Part shown: in pieces, positions 30,689 through 39,847 of the stretch | Numbering within the stretch: position 1 is the stretch's first letter | How the letters are laid out: every line of letters starts with the position of its first letter | Origin: Actinomycetota bacterium | Lineage (GTDB): Bacteria; Actinomycetota; Acidimicrobiia; Acidimicrobiales; AC-14 | Length of the DNA stretch: 64,000 nucleotides | Assembly: GCA_034669165.1 (NCBI GenBank) | Contig: JAXDOC010000014.1 | Span: forward strand, 41,110 to 105,109 | Reading direction: 5' to 3' | The notes under the pieces: model-generated | The model's database searches: none | The model's input: the letters and a program-made list of their open reading frames with translations, nothing else | What the model was told of the DNA's origin: nothing | Position numbers and translations under genes: made by a program

Positions 30689-32098
30689 GTGCCAGCCGAG
30701 GTGGCGGGCGGCCGGCCCCACGTCGTCGTCGTGGGGGGCGGGATCACCGGCCTGGCCACGGCCTGGTTCCTGCGGGACCGGGCCCGGGTGACGGTGCTGG
30801 AGGCCGACGGTCGCCTCGGGGGCAAGATCCGCACGTCGTCGCTGGGCGGGGTGCCGGTGGAGGAGGGGCCCGACACGTTCCTCGCTCGCGTCCCCCACGC
30901 CTGGGCTTTGGCCGCGGCCCTCGAGGTGGAGACGGTCACGCCGGCCACGGGCAAGGCCTTCGTCTGGACCCGGGGCCAGCTGCGGCGGCTGCCGGAGGGG
31001 CAGGTGCTGGGCGTGCCCGTCGAGCTGGGGCCGCTGCTGCGGTCGGGAGTCCTGCCGCCGGCGGCGGTGGCCCGGGCCGGCCTCGACCTGGTCCTCCCCC
31101 GCCGGCGGCCGGGCCTGAGCGCCGACCCGTCGGTGGCCGAAGTGATCGGGTCGAGGATGGGCCAGGGCGTGGTCGACCGGCTGGTGGAGCCCCTGGTGGG
31201 GGGGATCAACGCGGGCCGGGCCGACGACCTCAGCCTGGCCGCCACCGCCCCCCAACTGGCCGAAGCCGCGGCCGGATCCCGGAGCCTCATCCTCGGCCTG
31301 CGCCGCCGCCGACCGGCGCCGAGCATCACCGCCGGCCCCCTGTTCCTGGGGATCGCGGGGGGCCTCGGACGGCTGGTCGACCGCTTGGCCGCGGGGCTGG
31401 CCGAGGCCGGCGTCGAGATCTGCACCGACACCGCGGTGACGGCCATCGAGGCCGACGGCACCGGCGGTGGGTACCGGGTGGTCACCGCCGACGGGATGAC
31501 GCGGGCCGCGGCGGCCGTGGTCGTCACCGTCCCCGCCTTCGCCGCCGGGCCCATGCTGAAGGCGGCGGTGCCGGCGGTGGCGGCCGACCTCCAACGCATC
31601 CGGTACGCGTCGGTGGCGGTGAGCACCCTCGCCTACCGGCCGGAGGACGTGACGTCCCCCCTCGACGGGGCTGGCTTCCTCGTGCCCCGGGTCGACCGCC
31701 GGCTGATGACGGCCTGCACGTGGTCGACGTCGAAGTGGCCGGCGCTGGCGGAGAGCGGGTTGGTGCTGGTCCGGGCCTCCGCCGGCCGGTCGGGCGACGA
31801 CCGCTTCGCCGACCTGGCCGACGACGAGCTCGTCGACCACCTCCACCGGGAGCTGGCGGCCGTCATCGGCGTCCGCCGCCCGCCCGTGACCAGCCTCGTG
31901 TCCCGGTGGCCGAGGGGCTTCCCCCAGTACCAGCCCGGCCACCAGCGGCGGGTCGACCGCATCGAGGCCGGCCTGGCCGCGGCGCTCCCCGGCGTGGTCG
32001 TGGCCGGCGCCGCCTACCGGGGCCTGGGCATCGCCGCCTGCGTCCGCCAGGCGGAGGAAGCGGCCGATGCCACCGCCGCGCGCCTGGCAACCGTCTGA
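30689..32098 (+). CDS. hemY: Protoporphyrinogen/coproporphyrinogen III oxidase (HemY/CgoX)
   Basis: This is the real tail of a 638-aa track ORF. GTG at 30689. FAD fold VVVVGGGITGLATAWFL...LEADGRLGGKI. Confidence 0.85.
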   Translation: MPAEVAGGRPHVVVVGGGITGLATAWFLRDRARVTVLEADGRLGGKIRTSSLGGVPVEEGPDTFLARVPHAWALAAALEVETVTPATGKAFVWTRGQLRRLPEGQVLGVPVELGPLLRSGVLPPAAVARAGLDLVLPRRRPGLSADPSVAEVIGSRMGQGVVDRLVEPLVGGINAGRADDLSLAATAPQLAEAAAGSRSLILGLRRRRPAPSITAGPLFLGIAGGLGRLVDRLAAGLAEAGVEICTDTAVTAIEADGTGGGYRVVTADGMTRAAAAVVVTVPAFAAGPMLKAAVPAVAADLQRIRYASVAVSTLAYRPEDVTSPLDGAGFLVPRVDRRLMTACTWSTSKWPALAESGLVLVRASAGRSGDDRFADLADDELVDHLHRELAAVIGVRRPPVTSLVSRWPRGFPQYQPGHQRRVDRIEAGLAAALPGVVVAGAAYRGLGIAACVRQAEEAADATAARLATV

Positions 32099-32117
32099 GA
32101 GGTGGGAAAATAGGAGG

Positions 32118-32804
32118 ATGCTCCAGCGGAACCGGGACGAGAGGGTCGTGGTGATGCGCCCCCGGTCCCGTTCGGGATGGGTGATCTTCGGCGCCATCGT
32201 CTTCTGCGGCATCCTCGCCTTCACCGGCGCCCTGGGCAAGCTCCTGCCCTCGATCCCCAACCCCTTCTCCAGCCGCACCGTCGACCGCACCCAGCCCGCC
32301 CTCCTTCAAGCCATGGAGGACCTGAGCAACTACCAGGCCGCGGCGGGCAACTTCCAGGTCCTGGTCGACACCGAGAAGGACGCCAAGTTCCTGCCCTCGG
32401 TCATCCGGGGCGAGCGCACCACCTACTCGGCGGCCGGCTCGGTCGACGCCTCGGTCGACTTCTCCAACCTCGACGCCCAGTCGATCATCGTCTCCGAGGA
32501 CCGGCGGACGGTCACCATCTCGCTCCCCGCTCCGACGCTGGCCGAGCCCACCCTCGACCTGGAGAACAGCCAGGTCATCAGCCGCGACCGGGGCCTCCTC
32601 GACCGCCTGGGCTCGGTCTTCTCCGACTCCCCCACCGGCGAGCGGGAGCTGCAACTGGCGGCCCTGGAGAAGATGAAGGCGGCGGCCGCAGCCAGCGACC
32701 TCGCAGCCCGGGCCGAGCAGAACACCCGCCAGATGCTCGAAGCCCTCCTGGGCACCCTGGGGTTCACCAGCGTCACCGTCACCTTCGTCCCCAGCCCCGC
32801 CTGA
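32118..32804 (+). CDS. DUF4230-like membrane-anchored protein
   Basis: AGGAGG lies before the ATG at 32118. One N-terminal TM helix is followed by a soluble domain. Confidence 0.6.
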   Translation: MLQRNRDERVVVMRPRSRSGWVIFGAIVFCGILAFTGALGKLLPSIPNPFSSRTVDRTQPALLQAMEDLSNYQAAAGNFQVLVDTEKDAKFLPSVIRGERTTYSAAGSVDASVDFSNLDAQSIIVSEDRRTVTISLPAPTLAEPTLDLENSQVISRDRGLLDRLGSVFSDSPTGERELQLAALEKMKAAAAASDLAARAEQNTRQMLEALLGTLGFTSVTVTFVPSPA

Positions 32805-32823
32805 CGAACCTACGATCGGGGGG

Positions 32824-34209
32824 ATGACGGCCGACCAGATCGTGGTCCGTTCGCCGTATGACGGCGCCGAGGTGGGACGGGTACCGAAGTGCACCGCGGG
32901 CGACGTCGACCGGGCGGTGGCGGCCGCCGGGGCCGCCCTCGAGAAGGGCCCGCTCCCGCCGTGGCGGCGGGCGGAGATCCTCGACGCCGCCGCCCGCCTC
33001 CTCGCCGAGCGGGAGGACGCCTTCGCCCGCACCATCGCCCTCGAGTCGGCCAAGCCCCTCAAGACGGCCCGGGTCGAGGCTCAGCGGGCCGTCTCCACCT
33101 TCACCTTCGCCGCCGTCGAGGCCCGCCGCCTCACCGGCGAGATGGTACCGATCGACGCCACCGAGATCGGCGAGGGCCGCCTCGCCTTCACCCTCCGGCT
33201 CCCCATCGGCGTGGTCGGGGCGATCTCGCCCTTCAACTTCCCCCTCAACCTGGTGGCCCACAAGCTGGCGCCGGCCATCGCCGCCGGCTGCCCGGTGGTG
33301 CTCAAGCCGGCCAGCCAGACCCCGCTCACCGCCGTCGCCCTGGCCCACCTCCTCGTGAACGACGCGGGCCTGCCCGCCGACTACCTCCACGTCGTCACCG
33401 GCAGCGGCGCCGACGTGGGCGAGGCCCTCGTCCGCCATCCCGACGTGGCCTACCTCACGTTCACCGGCTCGGGCGAGGTCGGGTGGGCGATCAAGGAACG
33501 GGCCGGGCGCAAGAAGGTGGCCCTCGAGCTGGGCAACAACTCGCCCGTCATCATCGAGGCCGACGGCGACTGGCGGGCCGCGGCCAAGGCCGTCGCCGCC
33601 ACCGGCTTCGCCCACGCCGGCCAATCGTGCGTGTCGGTGCAACGGGTCTTCGTCCACCAGTCGGTGGCCGGCGAGTTCACCCACGCCCTCGTCGCCCACG
33701 TGGAGGACCTCGTCGTCGGCGACCCCCTCAACGAGTCCACCGACGTGTCCGCCCTCATCTCCACCGACGACCGCGACCGGGTGGTGGCCTGGGTCGAGGA
33801 GGCGGTGGCCGACGGGGCCCGGCTGCTCACCGGCGGCCGGGTGGGCGACGACGGGCTGCTCCGGCCGACGGTCCTGGCCGACGTCACGCCCGACATGCGG
33901 GTGTGCCGGGAGGAGGTGTTCGGCCCGGTGGTGGCGGTCCAGGCCTACCAATCCACCGACGAGGGTCTGCGCCTGGCCGACGACACCCGGTACGGCCTGC
34001 AGGCGGGCATCTACACGTCCAACCTGGCCACCGCCCTGCGGGCCGCCCGCGAGCTCCACTTCGGGGCGGTCCTCGTCAACGAGGTCCCGACGTGGCGGGC
34101 CGACCAGATGCCCTACGGCGGCGTCCGGGCCAGCGGCAACACCAAGGAGGGCCCCGCCGCCGCCGTCCGGGAGATGACCGAGGAACGGCTGGTCGTCATC
34201 AAGGCGTGA
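32824..34209 (+). CDS. NAD(P)-dependent aldehyde dehydrogenase
   Basis: VVGAISPFNFPLNL, ELGNNSPVII (catalytic Glu) and GQSCVSVQRV (catalytic Cys) are present. 461 aa. Confidence 0.9.
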   Translation: MTADQIVVRSPYDGAEVGRVPKCTAGDVDRAVAAAGAALEKGPLPPWRRAEILDAAARLLAEREDAFARTIALESAKPLKTARVEAQRAVSTFTFAAVEARRLTGEMVPIDATEIGEGRLAFTLRLPIGVVGAISPFNFPLNLVAHKLAPAIAAGCPVVLKPASQTPLTAVALAHLLVNDAGLPADYLHVVTGSGADVGEALVRHPDVAYLTFTGSGEVGWAIKERAGRKKVALELGNNSPVIIEADGDWRAAAKAVAATGFAHAGQSCVSVQRVFVHQSVAGEFTHALVAHVEDLVVGDPLNESTDVSALISTDDRDRVVAWVEEAVADGARLLTGGRVGDDGLLRPTVLADVTPDMRVCREEVFGPVVAVQAYQSTDEGLRLADDTRYGLQAGIYTSNLATALRAARELHFGAVLVNEVPTWRADQMPYGGVRASGNTKEGPAAAVREMTEERLVVIKA

Positions 34210-35647
34210 CCCGCTGGAACAGGCGCACGCCGTCGACCACGCCGACCAGGAGGTAGTGGCGGACGATCTCGTCCCAGAGGAACGTCTCCTCCAGCGGGTG
34301 GAGATCGGAGTGGCGGATCGAGGCCGGGCCGGTGTCGACGATGAGGTCGGGCGGGGTGGCGGCGATGTCGGCGGCCAGGAAGGCCCACGCCCCGGGCACG
34401 CCGTCGGACGCCTCCACCGCGGCCGCGTCCCGTCCCCCCGAGTTCCCGGTGATGAAGCCGGTGTGGATGAAGCGGGTGGCCGGCTCCCGGTTGGCGGCCC
34501 AGTAGATCTCGGGGTACTCGCCCCAGACGAAGATGCGGTCCTCGGGCGTGGTCAGGTCCCGCACCCGGTCGGCGACGTCGCGGTAGGGGATGATCCCCCG
34601 GGCGTTGGGCGGGGAGAAGCCGAAGACCCACATGGCCACGACCGGCACGGCCAGTCCGGCGACGGCCAGGCGCCACTGCCTGAGGACGGTGGGCAGTCCC
34701 ATCGCGCCGATGAGGGCCAGGGGCGGGACGAGTTGCAGGTAGTAGTGGCCGAAGAAGCGGAACCCGGCCAGCACCGCCACCGCGCCCCCGCCGAGCCAGA
34801 GCCACAGGTCCCAGTCGACCCGGCCCCGGCGGCGGGCGACCACGCAGCACCAGATGAGCACCGCGTTGAGGGCTACGAAGGCCGACGTCATCCCGAGCCC
34901 CCGGAGGACGGACGCCAGCAGCGATCCCCGCAGGGCCAGGTAGCCGCCGTTGCCGGTGACCGTCCACAGGAGGAAGTCCCGGGGCCCGAAGGCGGCGGCG
35001 GTGACCCCGATGAGCGCGGCCGCGGCCGCCCCGGCCCGGGCCACGGCCTGCCACCCGGACGCTCGGAAGAGGAGGAACGCCACCGGCAGGGCGGTGAGGA
35101 ACGCGGTCTGCTTGCACAGGCAGGCGAGGGCCAGGCACAGCCCAGCCAGCACCGCCTTCCCCCGGCCCGCGGCCACGACGGCCGCGGTCATGGGCAGGAG
35201 CATGAAGAGCTCGAAGCCGGCGGCCTGGGAGTCGGCCGGGAAGTTGGCCGCGGTGCCGGCCAGGAGGAACACGCCGGCGGCGACGGCCGCGGTCCGGTTC
35301 CCGGTACGTCGCTTCGCCTCCAGGGCCAGGAGGAGGGCGGTGCCGGCCAGCGCCAGGCAGCCGACGGCCCGCACCGGACGGAGGTCGCGCCGGCCGGTGG
35401 CGTCGAAGACGGCGGCGTAGAGGTAGGGGACGGCGGGGGGCTTGCGGTCGGCCGTCTCGTGGTAGAGGGTGCCGCCCCGCTGGATCTCCATGGCCATGGT
35501 GGCCAGGCTGGCCTCGTCGGAGTTGAACAGCCGCCCGACCAGACCGGGGACGTGGAGGAGGAGGGCGGCGGCGGTGAAGGCCAGGGCCAGGCGGACGGCC
35601 CACCGGCGCTCGGAGGTCGTCGCCGACGCCGACTGGCGGACGCTCAC
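34199..35647 (-). CDS. GT-C fold glycosyltransferase (family 39 / ArnT-PMT-like)
   Basis: 482 codons at the 3' end of the 1203-aa track ORF. The GTG start at 35647 overlaps the upstream stop (GTGA). It is multi-TM with an N-terminal SDEASLATMAMEIQRGGTLYHETADRKPP loop. Confidence 0.7.
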   Translation of the reverse strand: MSVRQSASATTSERRWAVRLALAFTAAALLLHVPGLVGRLFNSDEASLATMAMEIQRGGTLYHETADRKPPAVPYLYAAVFDATGRRDLRPVRAVGCLALAGTALLLALEAKRRTGNRTAAVAAGVFLLAGTAANFPADSQAAGFELFMLLPMTAAVVAAGRGKAVLAGLCLALACLCKQTAFLTALPVAFLLFRASGWQAVARAGAAAAALIGVTAAAFGPRDFLLWTVTGNGGYLALRGSLLASVLRGLGMTSAFVALNAVLIWCCVVARRRGRVDWDLWLWLGGGAVAVLAGFRFFGHYYLQLVPPLALIGAMGLPTVLRQWRLAVAGLAVPVVAMWVFGFSPPNARGIIPYRDVADRVRDLTTPEDRIFVWGEYPEIYWAANREPATRFIHTGFITGNSGGRDAAAVEASDGVPGAWAFLAADIAATPPDLIVDTGPASIRHSDLHPLEETFLWDEIVRHYLLVGVVDGVRLFQRVTP

Positions 35648-37596
35648 GCCCGGACCGCCTGGCCGTCGTCCGACGGGATACGTCTCGGGGCCGGATCGAC
35701 GGCCGCGACCGCGACCGCCGCCGGCCAGGCGACGGCGAGGACGGCGGCGGCCACGTTCAGACCCGAGTCGTTGAGCACGGAGCCGAGCACCGCCGCGGCC
35801 AGGACCGCATACGCCCCGAACCGAAGCGGGGGACGGGTGCCGGGCGACCAGCGGGTGACGACGAGGGCGGCGGCCGCGATCAGGACCAGGTTGGCCATCG
35901 GCGCCTTGATGGTGGCGACGGCCCGGGTGGCCTTGCGGACGATCTCGTCGCCCAGGCCGTCGCCCCCCACGCTCTTGGCCAGGTGGGTCTGCGAGCCGGC
36001 GTCCCGGGCCAGGTCGACGGCGACGAACAGGCCCAACGCCAGGGCCGCGGCCACACCCAGGAGGAGGACGTGGCGGAGGGTGACCCGCGCCCGCCGGGCC
36101 CCCAGGAGCACCAGCCCGTAGGCGGGGACGGCGAAGAGCACGCCGCCGACGTCGGCCCCGAACTGGGGGGCGCCCCCCGCCACCACGCCCGCGGCCATAG
36201 CCCCGGCCACCCACGGGACCGCCCGCCGGCCCCACCGGTCGATGGCCAGGGCGCCGGCCACGACCAGCCCGGCGGCGAGGAAGCCGGAGCCGATGTTGCC
36301 CACCCCGAAGAAGCGGCCGGCGACCACCGGGGAGTTGCCGAAGGGCGCGTCGATTTGGAGGGGGCTGCCGAAGAAGGCGTCCACCGCCACGACCGCCGCG
36401 GTCAGCGCGGCCAGGGCCCCGACGGCGAGCACCGCGTCGCTCCGGGGGCGGGCGCGGGCCAGGGCCACCCCGCCCAGCGCGATCACGGCCGCCACCAGTC
36501 CACCGACCGCCAGCCCCACCCACGCCCCGCCCCGCCACCACGGGACGAGCATCATGAGCAGGCTGGCCGGGGGGATGGCCAGCAGGATGCAGGCGACCAC
36601 CGTCCGGGCCCGGCGCCAGCGCACGGCCACGAGCGCCCCGAGCAGGTGGAGCACGACGAACAGCCACACCAAGGCGGTGCGCGACCGGTCCGACGTCCAC
36701 GTGCGCCGGTCCCGTTCGACGAGGTCTGGGCGCCCGACGGCGGCGGTCGGCGTGACGACCCCGCCTCCCACCGTCGACGGCGGCGCCACACCCGCCAGGT
36801 GCAGGAACGTCCGGCTCACGTCGGGGAGGGTGGCCAGGTGGTCGTCGTGGGTCGAGGGTGAGCCGAGGCCGGCGGAGCCCAGGCCACAGGCCGGCGAGGC
36901 GGCGAGGACGCCCAGGTGCCGGTTCTCGTCCGGCGTGGAGGCACTGACGACAAGGGCGCACGTGCCGTCGAGGACCCCGAGGACTTCGGGCAGGCCGGCC
37001 GGGACGGCCACCACCAGGGCGTCGGCCCCGGAGCCCAGCGCCGCCTCCAGGCCCGCCATGGTGCCCGGGAAGCTCGGGGGCAGGGTCCCGTCGGAGCTCA
37101 CCGCAACCGCCGCCGCTTCGCTGTTGTCCCCCAGGGTGCCGACCAGGGCCAGCTCCCGGCCGTCGGCCCGGAAGGCGCCGCCCACCGAGCCCAACGCCCC
37201 GCCGTAGTGGAGCCCCCGGTCGTGGTCGACCAGCTCGTCCCACGCCGCCAGCCGCAAGCCGCCCCCGTCCACGGGCTCCCCCCGGCCCACAGCCGCCTCC
37301 GCACCTTCGGCCGGCGCGCCCGACCGCGCCCCCTTCCCCAGCGTGAGGTAGACGTCGGCCGCCCCCGACCGGGACCCGGCCGTGCGCATCGACAGGTTGG
37401 CCTTGGCGTAGCCATCCAGCGCCGGCGGCGCCGCCCCCCAGACGAGGTCGCGCACCAACACCATCGCCACCGGCCGCCGGGCGTCGGTACCGGCCGCCGC
37501 CGCCGACGCGGGCGGGCCCGACCCCATCGTGAGCCCCAGGACGCAGACGGCCCCCACCAGGACGGGCGCGCCGCGTCGGCGTCCGGAGGTCATCAT
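35644..37596 (-). CDS. Large integral membrane protein with signal peptide (hypothetical)
   Basis: 650 aa from the MM start at 37596 (MMTSGRRRGAPVLVGAVCVLGL). An extracytoplasmic N-terminal domain is followed by about 9 TM helices. It is translationally coupled to the glycosyltransferase. Confidence 0.6.
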   Translation of the reverse strand: MMTSGRRRGAPVLVGAVCVLGLTMGSGPPASAAAAGTDARRPVAMVLVRDLVWGAAPPALDGYAKANLSMRTAGSRSGAADVYLTLGKGARSGAPAEGAEAAVGRGEPVDGGGLRLAAWDELVDHDRGLHYGGALGSVGGAFRADGRELALVGTLGDNSEAAAVAVSSDGTLPPSFPGTMAGLEAALGSGADALVVAVPAGLPEVLGVLDGTCALVVSASTPDENRHLGVLAASPACGLGSAGLGSPSTHDDHLATLPDVSRTFLHLAGVAPPSTVGGGVVTPTAAVGRPDLVERDRRTWTSDRSRTALVWLFVVLHLLGALVAVRWRRARTVVACILLAIPPASLLMMLVPWWRGGAWVGLAVGGLVAAVIALGGVALARARPRSDAVLAVGALAALTAAVVAVDAFFGSPLQIDAPFGNSPVVAGRFFGVGNIGSGFLAAGLVVAGALAIDRWGRRAVPWVAGAMAAGVVAGGAPQFGADVGGVLFAVPAYGLVLLGARRARVTLRHVLLLGVAAALALGLFVAVDLARDAGSQTHLAKSVGGDGLGDEIVRKATRAVATIKAPMANLVLIAAAALVVTRWSPGTRPPLRFGAYAVLAAAVLGSVLNDSGLNVAAAVLAVAWPAAVAVAAVDPAPRRIPSDDGQAVRA

Positions 37597-37674
37597 CCGG
37601 TCGCCGAGCGTAGTGAGCCGAATGGTCGCCGCCTCGGCGGACAGGACGGTCCCGGTTCTCCGTACTGTTGGGTC

Positions 37675-37766
37675 GTGGCCGCGCCCCGACTCCTGCCCAT
37701 GCTCGCCGGGGGCAGCGGGCCGCCGCCGAACCCGGACGGGTGGATGTTCGAGCCCAAGCTCGACGG
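37675..37766 (+). pseudogene. 5' fragment of a disrupted ATP-dependent DNA ligase (up to the KLDG of the KxDG motif)
   Basis: It reads V-AAPRLLPMLAGGSGPPPNPDGWMFEPKLDG and then breaks. It is parallel to the N-terminus of the intact ligase at 45621 (SPPRLLPMLAGGSGFPTNPDAFQLEPKLDGQR). Confidence 0.8.
37762..37766. repeat. GACGG junction core, left copy
   Basis: The same pentanucleotide lies at the right junction (47130-47134). This is either a target duplication or the crossover core. Confidence 0.55.
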
Positions 37767-37800
37767 TTCTCCGCACAGACGGGATGTGTCTCAGAGCGGC
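37767..37800. repeat. Left terminal inverted repeat of the element
   Basis: TTCTCCGCACAGACGGGATGTGTCTCAGAGCGGC. It shares TCCGCACAG(A/T)CG and TGTGTC(T)CAGAG blocks with the reverse complement of 47081-47129. Confidence 0.55.
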
Positions 37801-37882
37801 GGCTACTCAAACGGCTGTGAGGCGACTCAAGAGCTGCGACTCGAGTCCAGCGGCGGCGTGCGAGCGGTCTGGAGGTACAGAC

Positions 37883-38443
37883 CTACGGGTCGTGCGTTGC
37901 CAATGGCAATCGCTTCACGAACAACCGTTCCGCCAGGACGGCGATCACCTTGAAGCCCCACGTCGAGAAGACCGGCATGGTGACCGCTTCCTCACGAGTC
38001 GCCGGGCGGAGGGGCGTCGCCCCCTCGTAGAGCATGACGGTGCCGCCGCCGCGGTGGGTCACCTGGCGTAGGCCGCGGATTCCGTCAAGAGCGAGATCGC
38101 GGTGGCCCAGGATCGAGCGACCGTTCTTCTGGATCGTCAGGACGTGCGCCCAACCCTGCGCGACGACGTATCGGCCCGCGATGTCGATCGGTGTCGGCAG
38201 ATCATCACCCTCCCAGTCCATAAGGGCAGCGAGGAACGTCCGGCTGTTTCCGGGGAAGTAGTCGTCCGATTCCCTCTTGATCCCCAGGACCCGGCCGCAT
38301 GCCCACCTGCCGTCGCTCAGCGGGACACCCCAGAATTGGCCCGGCAGAAGGTAAGCGTTCGACTTGGGCTCGAACGGGTACTCCGACGCGGCCACGCCGC
38401 ACGATAAGTGATCGCGTGGCGGGGAGGGTTCACGCTTACCCAC
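37883..38443 (-). CDS. Hypothetical protein (element cargo)
   Basis: 186 aa with coding-like composition (YLLPGQFWGVPLSDGRWACGRVLGI...). I cannot place it confidently in a family. Confidence 0.5.
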   Translation of the reverse strand: MGKREPSPPRDHLSCGVAASEYPFEPKSNAYLLPGQFWGVPLSDGRWACGRVLGIKRESDDYFPGNSRTFLAALMDWEGDDLPTPIDIAGRYVVAQGWAHVLTIQKNGRSILGHRDLALDGIRGLRQVTHRGGGTVMLYEGATPLRPATREEAVTMPVFSTWGFKVIAVLAERLFVKRLPLATHDP

Positions 38444-38579
38444 GGAGCCACGGCACCGAGACTCGGGGCTCGCCCGTCGTCAAGTAGGGCACCATGGACA
38501 CGTCAACCGTCATGACGAGTTCGTCTCCCTGGCACGCCCTCACGCCCTCGGTGATGTCCTCGCGGCCGAGATCTACCGG

Positions 38580-39032
38580 GTGAAGATGCCGACCAGGGCC
38601 CAGCAGCCCTGGATTCTCGGCGGCATCGCCCTCCTCCTTGGGGTCCTCGCCATCAGCACCGGCGAATACTGGGTCTGGTCCCGGTTCGTGCTCGGTGCAA
38701 TCGCCGGCCTGGTCCTGGTGGCATTCATGGTGCTCCGTCGGTTGCGCCGGGAGCCAAATCTCGTCCTCCTGGCTCTCGTGCCCCCTGAGCTGCTCGTTCT
38801 TCGGGTGACGTTCCTGTCGACGCGCTGGAAGGTGATCGACGAGATCGGTCACTGGAGTTTCGACGAGATCGAGGCTGTCCCCGGTGGGGAGGTCCTGGCG
38901 CTGAACCTGATCCTGCCGAACCAGGATTCGCTCGACCTCACTCCTCTGGCTGTCTCCCGGGACGCCTCGCAGATCTCGGCGGCCGTCACCGATGCGGGTG
39001 TTGAGCCGAGGGGCCGACCCAGTGGCGGGTAG
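38580..39032 (+). CDS. Hypothetical two-TM membrane protein (element cargo)
   Basis: 150 aa with two N-terminal hydrophobic helices followed by a small soluble domain. Confidence 0.5.
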   Translation: MKMPTRAQQPWILGGIALLLGVLAISTGEYWVWSRFVLGAIAGLVLVAFMVLRRLRREPNLVLLALVPPELLVLRVTFLSTRWKVIDEIGHWSFDEIEAVPGGEVLALNLILPNQDSLDLTPLAVSRDASQISAAVTDAGVEPRGRPSGG

Positions 39033-39228
39033 GGGCCGCAACTTCGCCTGAGGCACCCGACGGAACCGACGCGTTCCATCTCCGTCGGGCCGGCTCGGTT
39101 TCCCGCTCGGCCTGACCTCAGGTAGGCCAGCTGCCGGCATACGCGCTCTTGCTGACGCCCACCAGCGGGGGCGGCCGCCAGCAAAGTGTGGTTCGCCTAC
39201 GAGGCCCGGATGTTGTATCAACAGGTCG

Positions 39229-39765
39229 ATGGGGCTTATGGCACGACTGGACGCCCTCGATCGCCGCTTCGGGAATGACATCGGTCGTGCTCGGTCGGGA
39301 TCGGGCCGGGCCGAACATTCGCTCGCGTACGGTGTCATTGCCTTAGGCGTGCTTGTCGGCGTGACGCTGCTCGCCCTCAGCGCTTGGAATGGCCACCGTG
39401 ACAGGCGAATCGCAGATCGCCTACGCCACGACGGAGTTGAGGTCGATGCCGTGATCGTCGACGCTCGGACGGCTTACGAGCTCAAGGGGGAGAATGAGCT
39501 GAAGGTTGCCTTCGATGCGAGTGCTGGTCAGCACGTGGAGACGTGGGTGACCGTCAGCCACCCCTACCCACTGGGGCCCACTCGGATCCGGTACTTGCGC
39601 ACCGATCCCAAAGAGGCTCGCCTCCTCGACGACCCCACGCCCCGAGAACACGACTTTCTCGCCCGCGTGATCATCCTCCTGGTTATGGGTTTGATCGGCT
39701 TCGGGATATTCCGCGCCTGCAGGGGTTTCGATCGAATGTTGGGATCGCATCCCAAGCCTCGCTGA
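39229..39765 (+). CDS. Hypothetical membrane protein with DUF3592-like architecture (element cargo)
   Basis: 178 aa arranged as TM helix, beta-rich soluble segment, then a C-terminal TM helix. Confidence 0.5.
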   Translation: MGLMARLDALDRRFGNDIGRARSGSGRAEHSLAYGVIALGVLVGVTLLALSAWNGHRDRRIADRLRHDGVEVDAVIVDARTAYELKGENELKVAFDASAGQHVETWVTVSHPYPLGPTRIRYLRTDPKEARLLDDPTPREHDFLARVIILLVMGLIGFGIFRACRGFDRMLGSHPKPR

Positions 39766-39847
39766 TCACGACTCGGCGTTTCGAGGGCTCCGGCGCTTTG
39801 CGGAGCATCCCTGGCGGCTGACCCAGCGCTGGATACGGTCGGGGTGA

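Noticed and set aside
34199-37810. 1203-aa minus-strand ORF
   Set aside because: Only the C-terminal 482 codons (the GT-C glycosyltransferase) look real. The upstream part is an out-of-frame reading over the 650-aa membrane protein gene (35644-37596).
38436-39338. 300-aa minus-strand ORF in the element's left arm
   Set aside because: It is Arg/Pro-rich and antisense to two plus-strand ORFs that have clear TM-helix patterns. Only its last ~25-45 codons, which overlap the next gene's start, might be real, and I could not support that.
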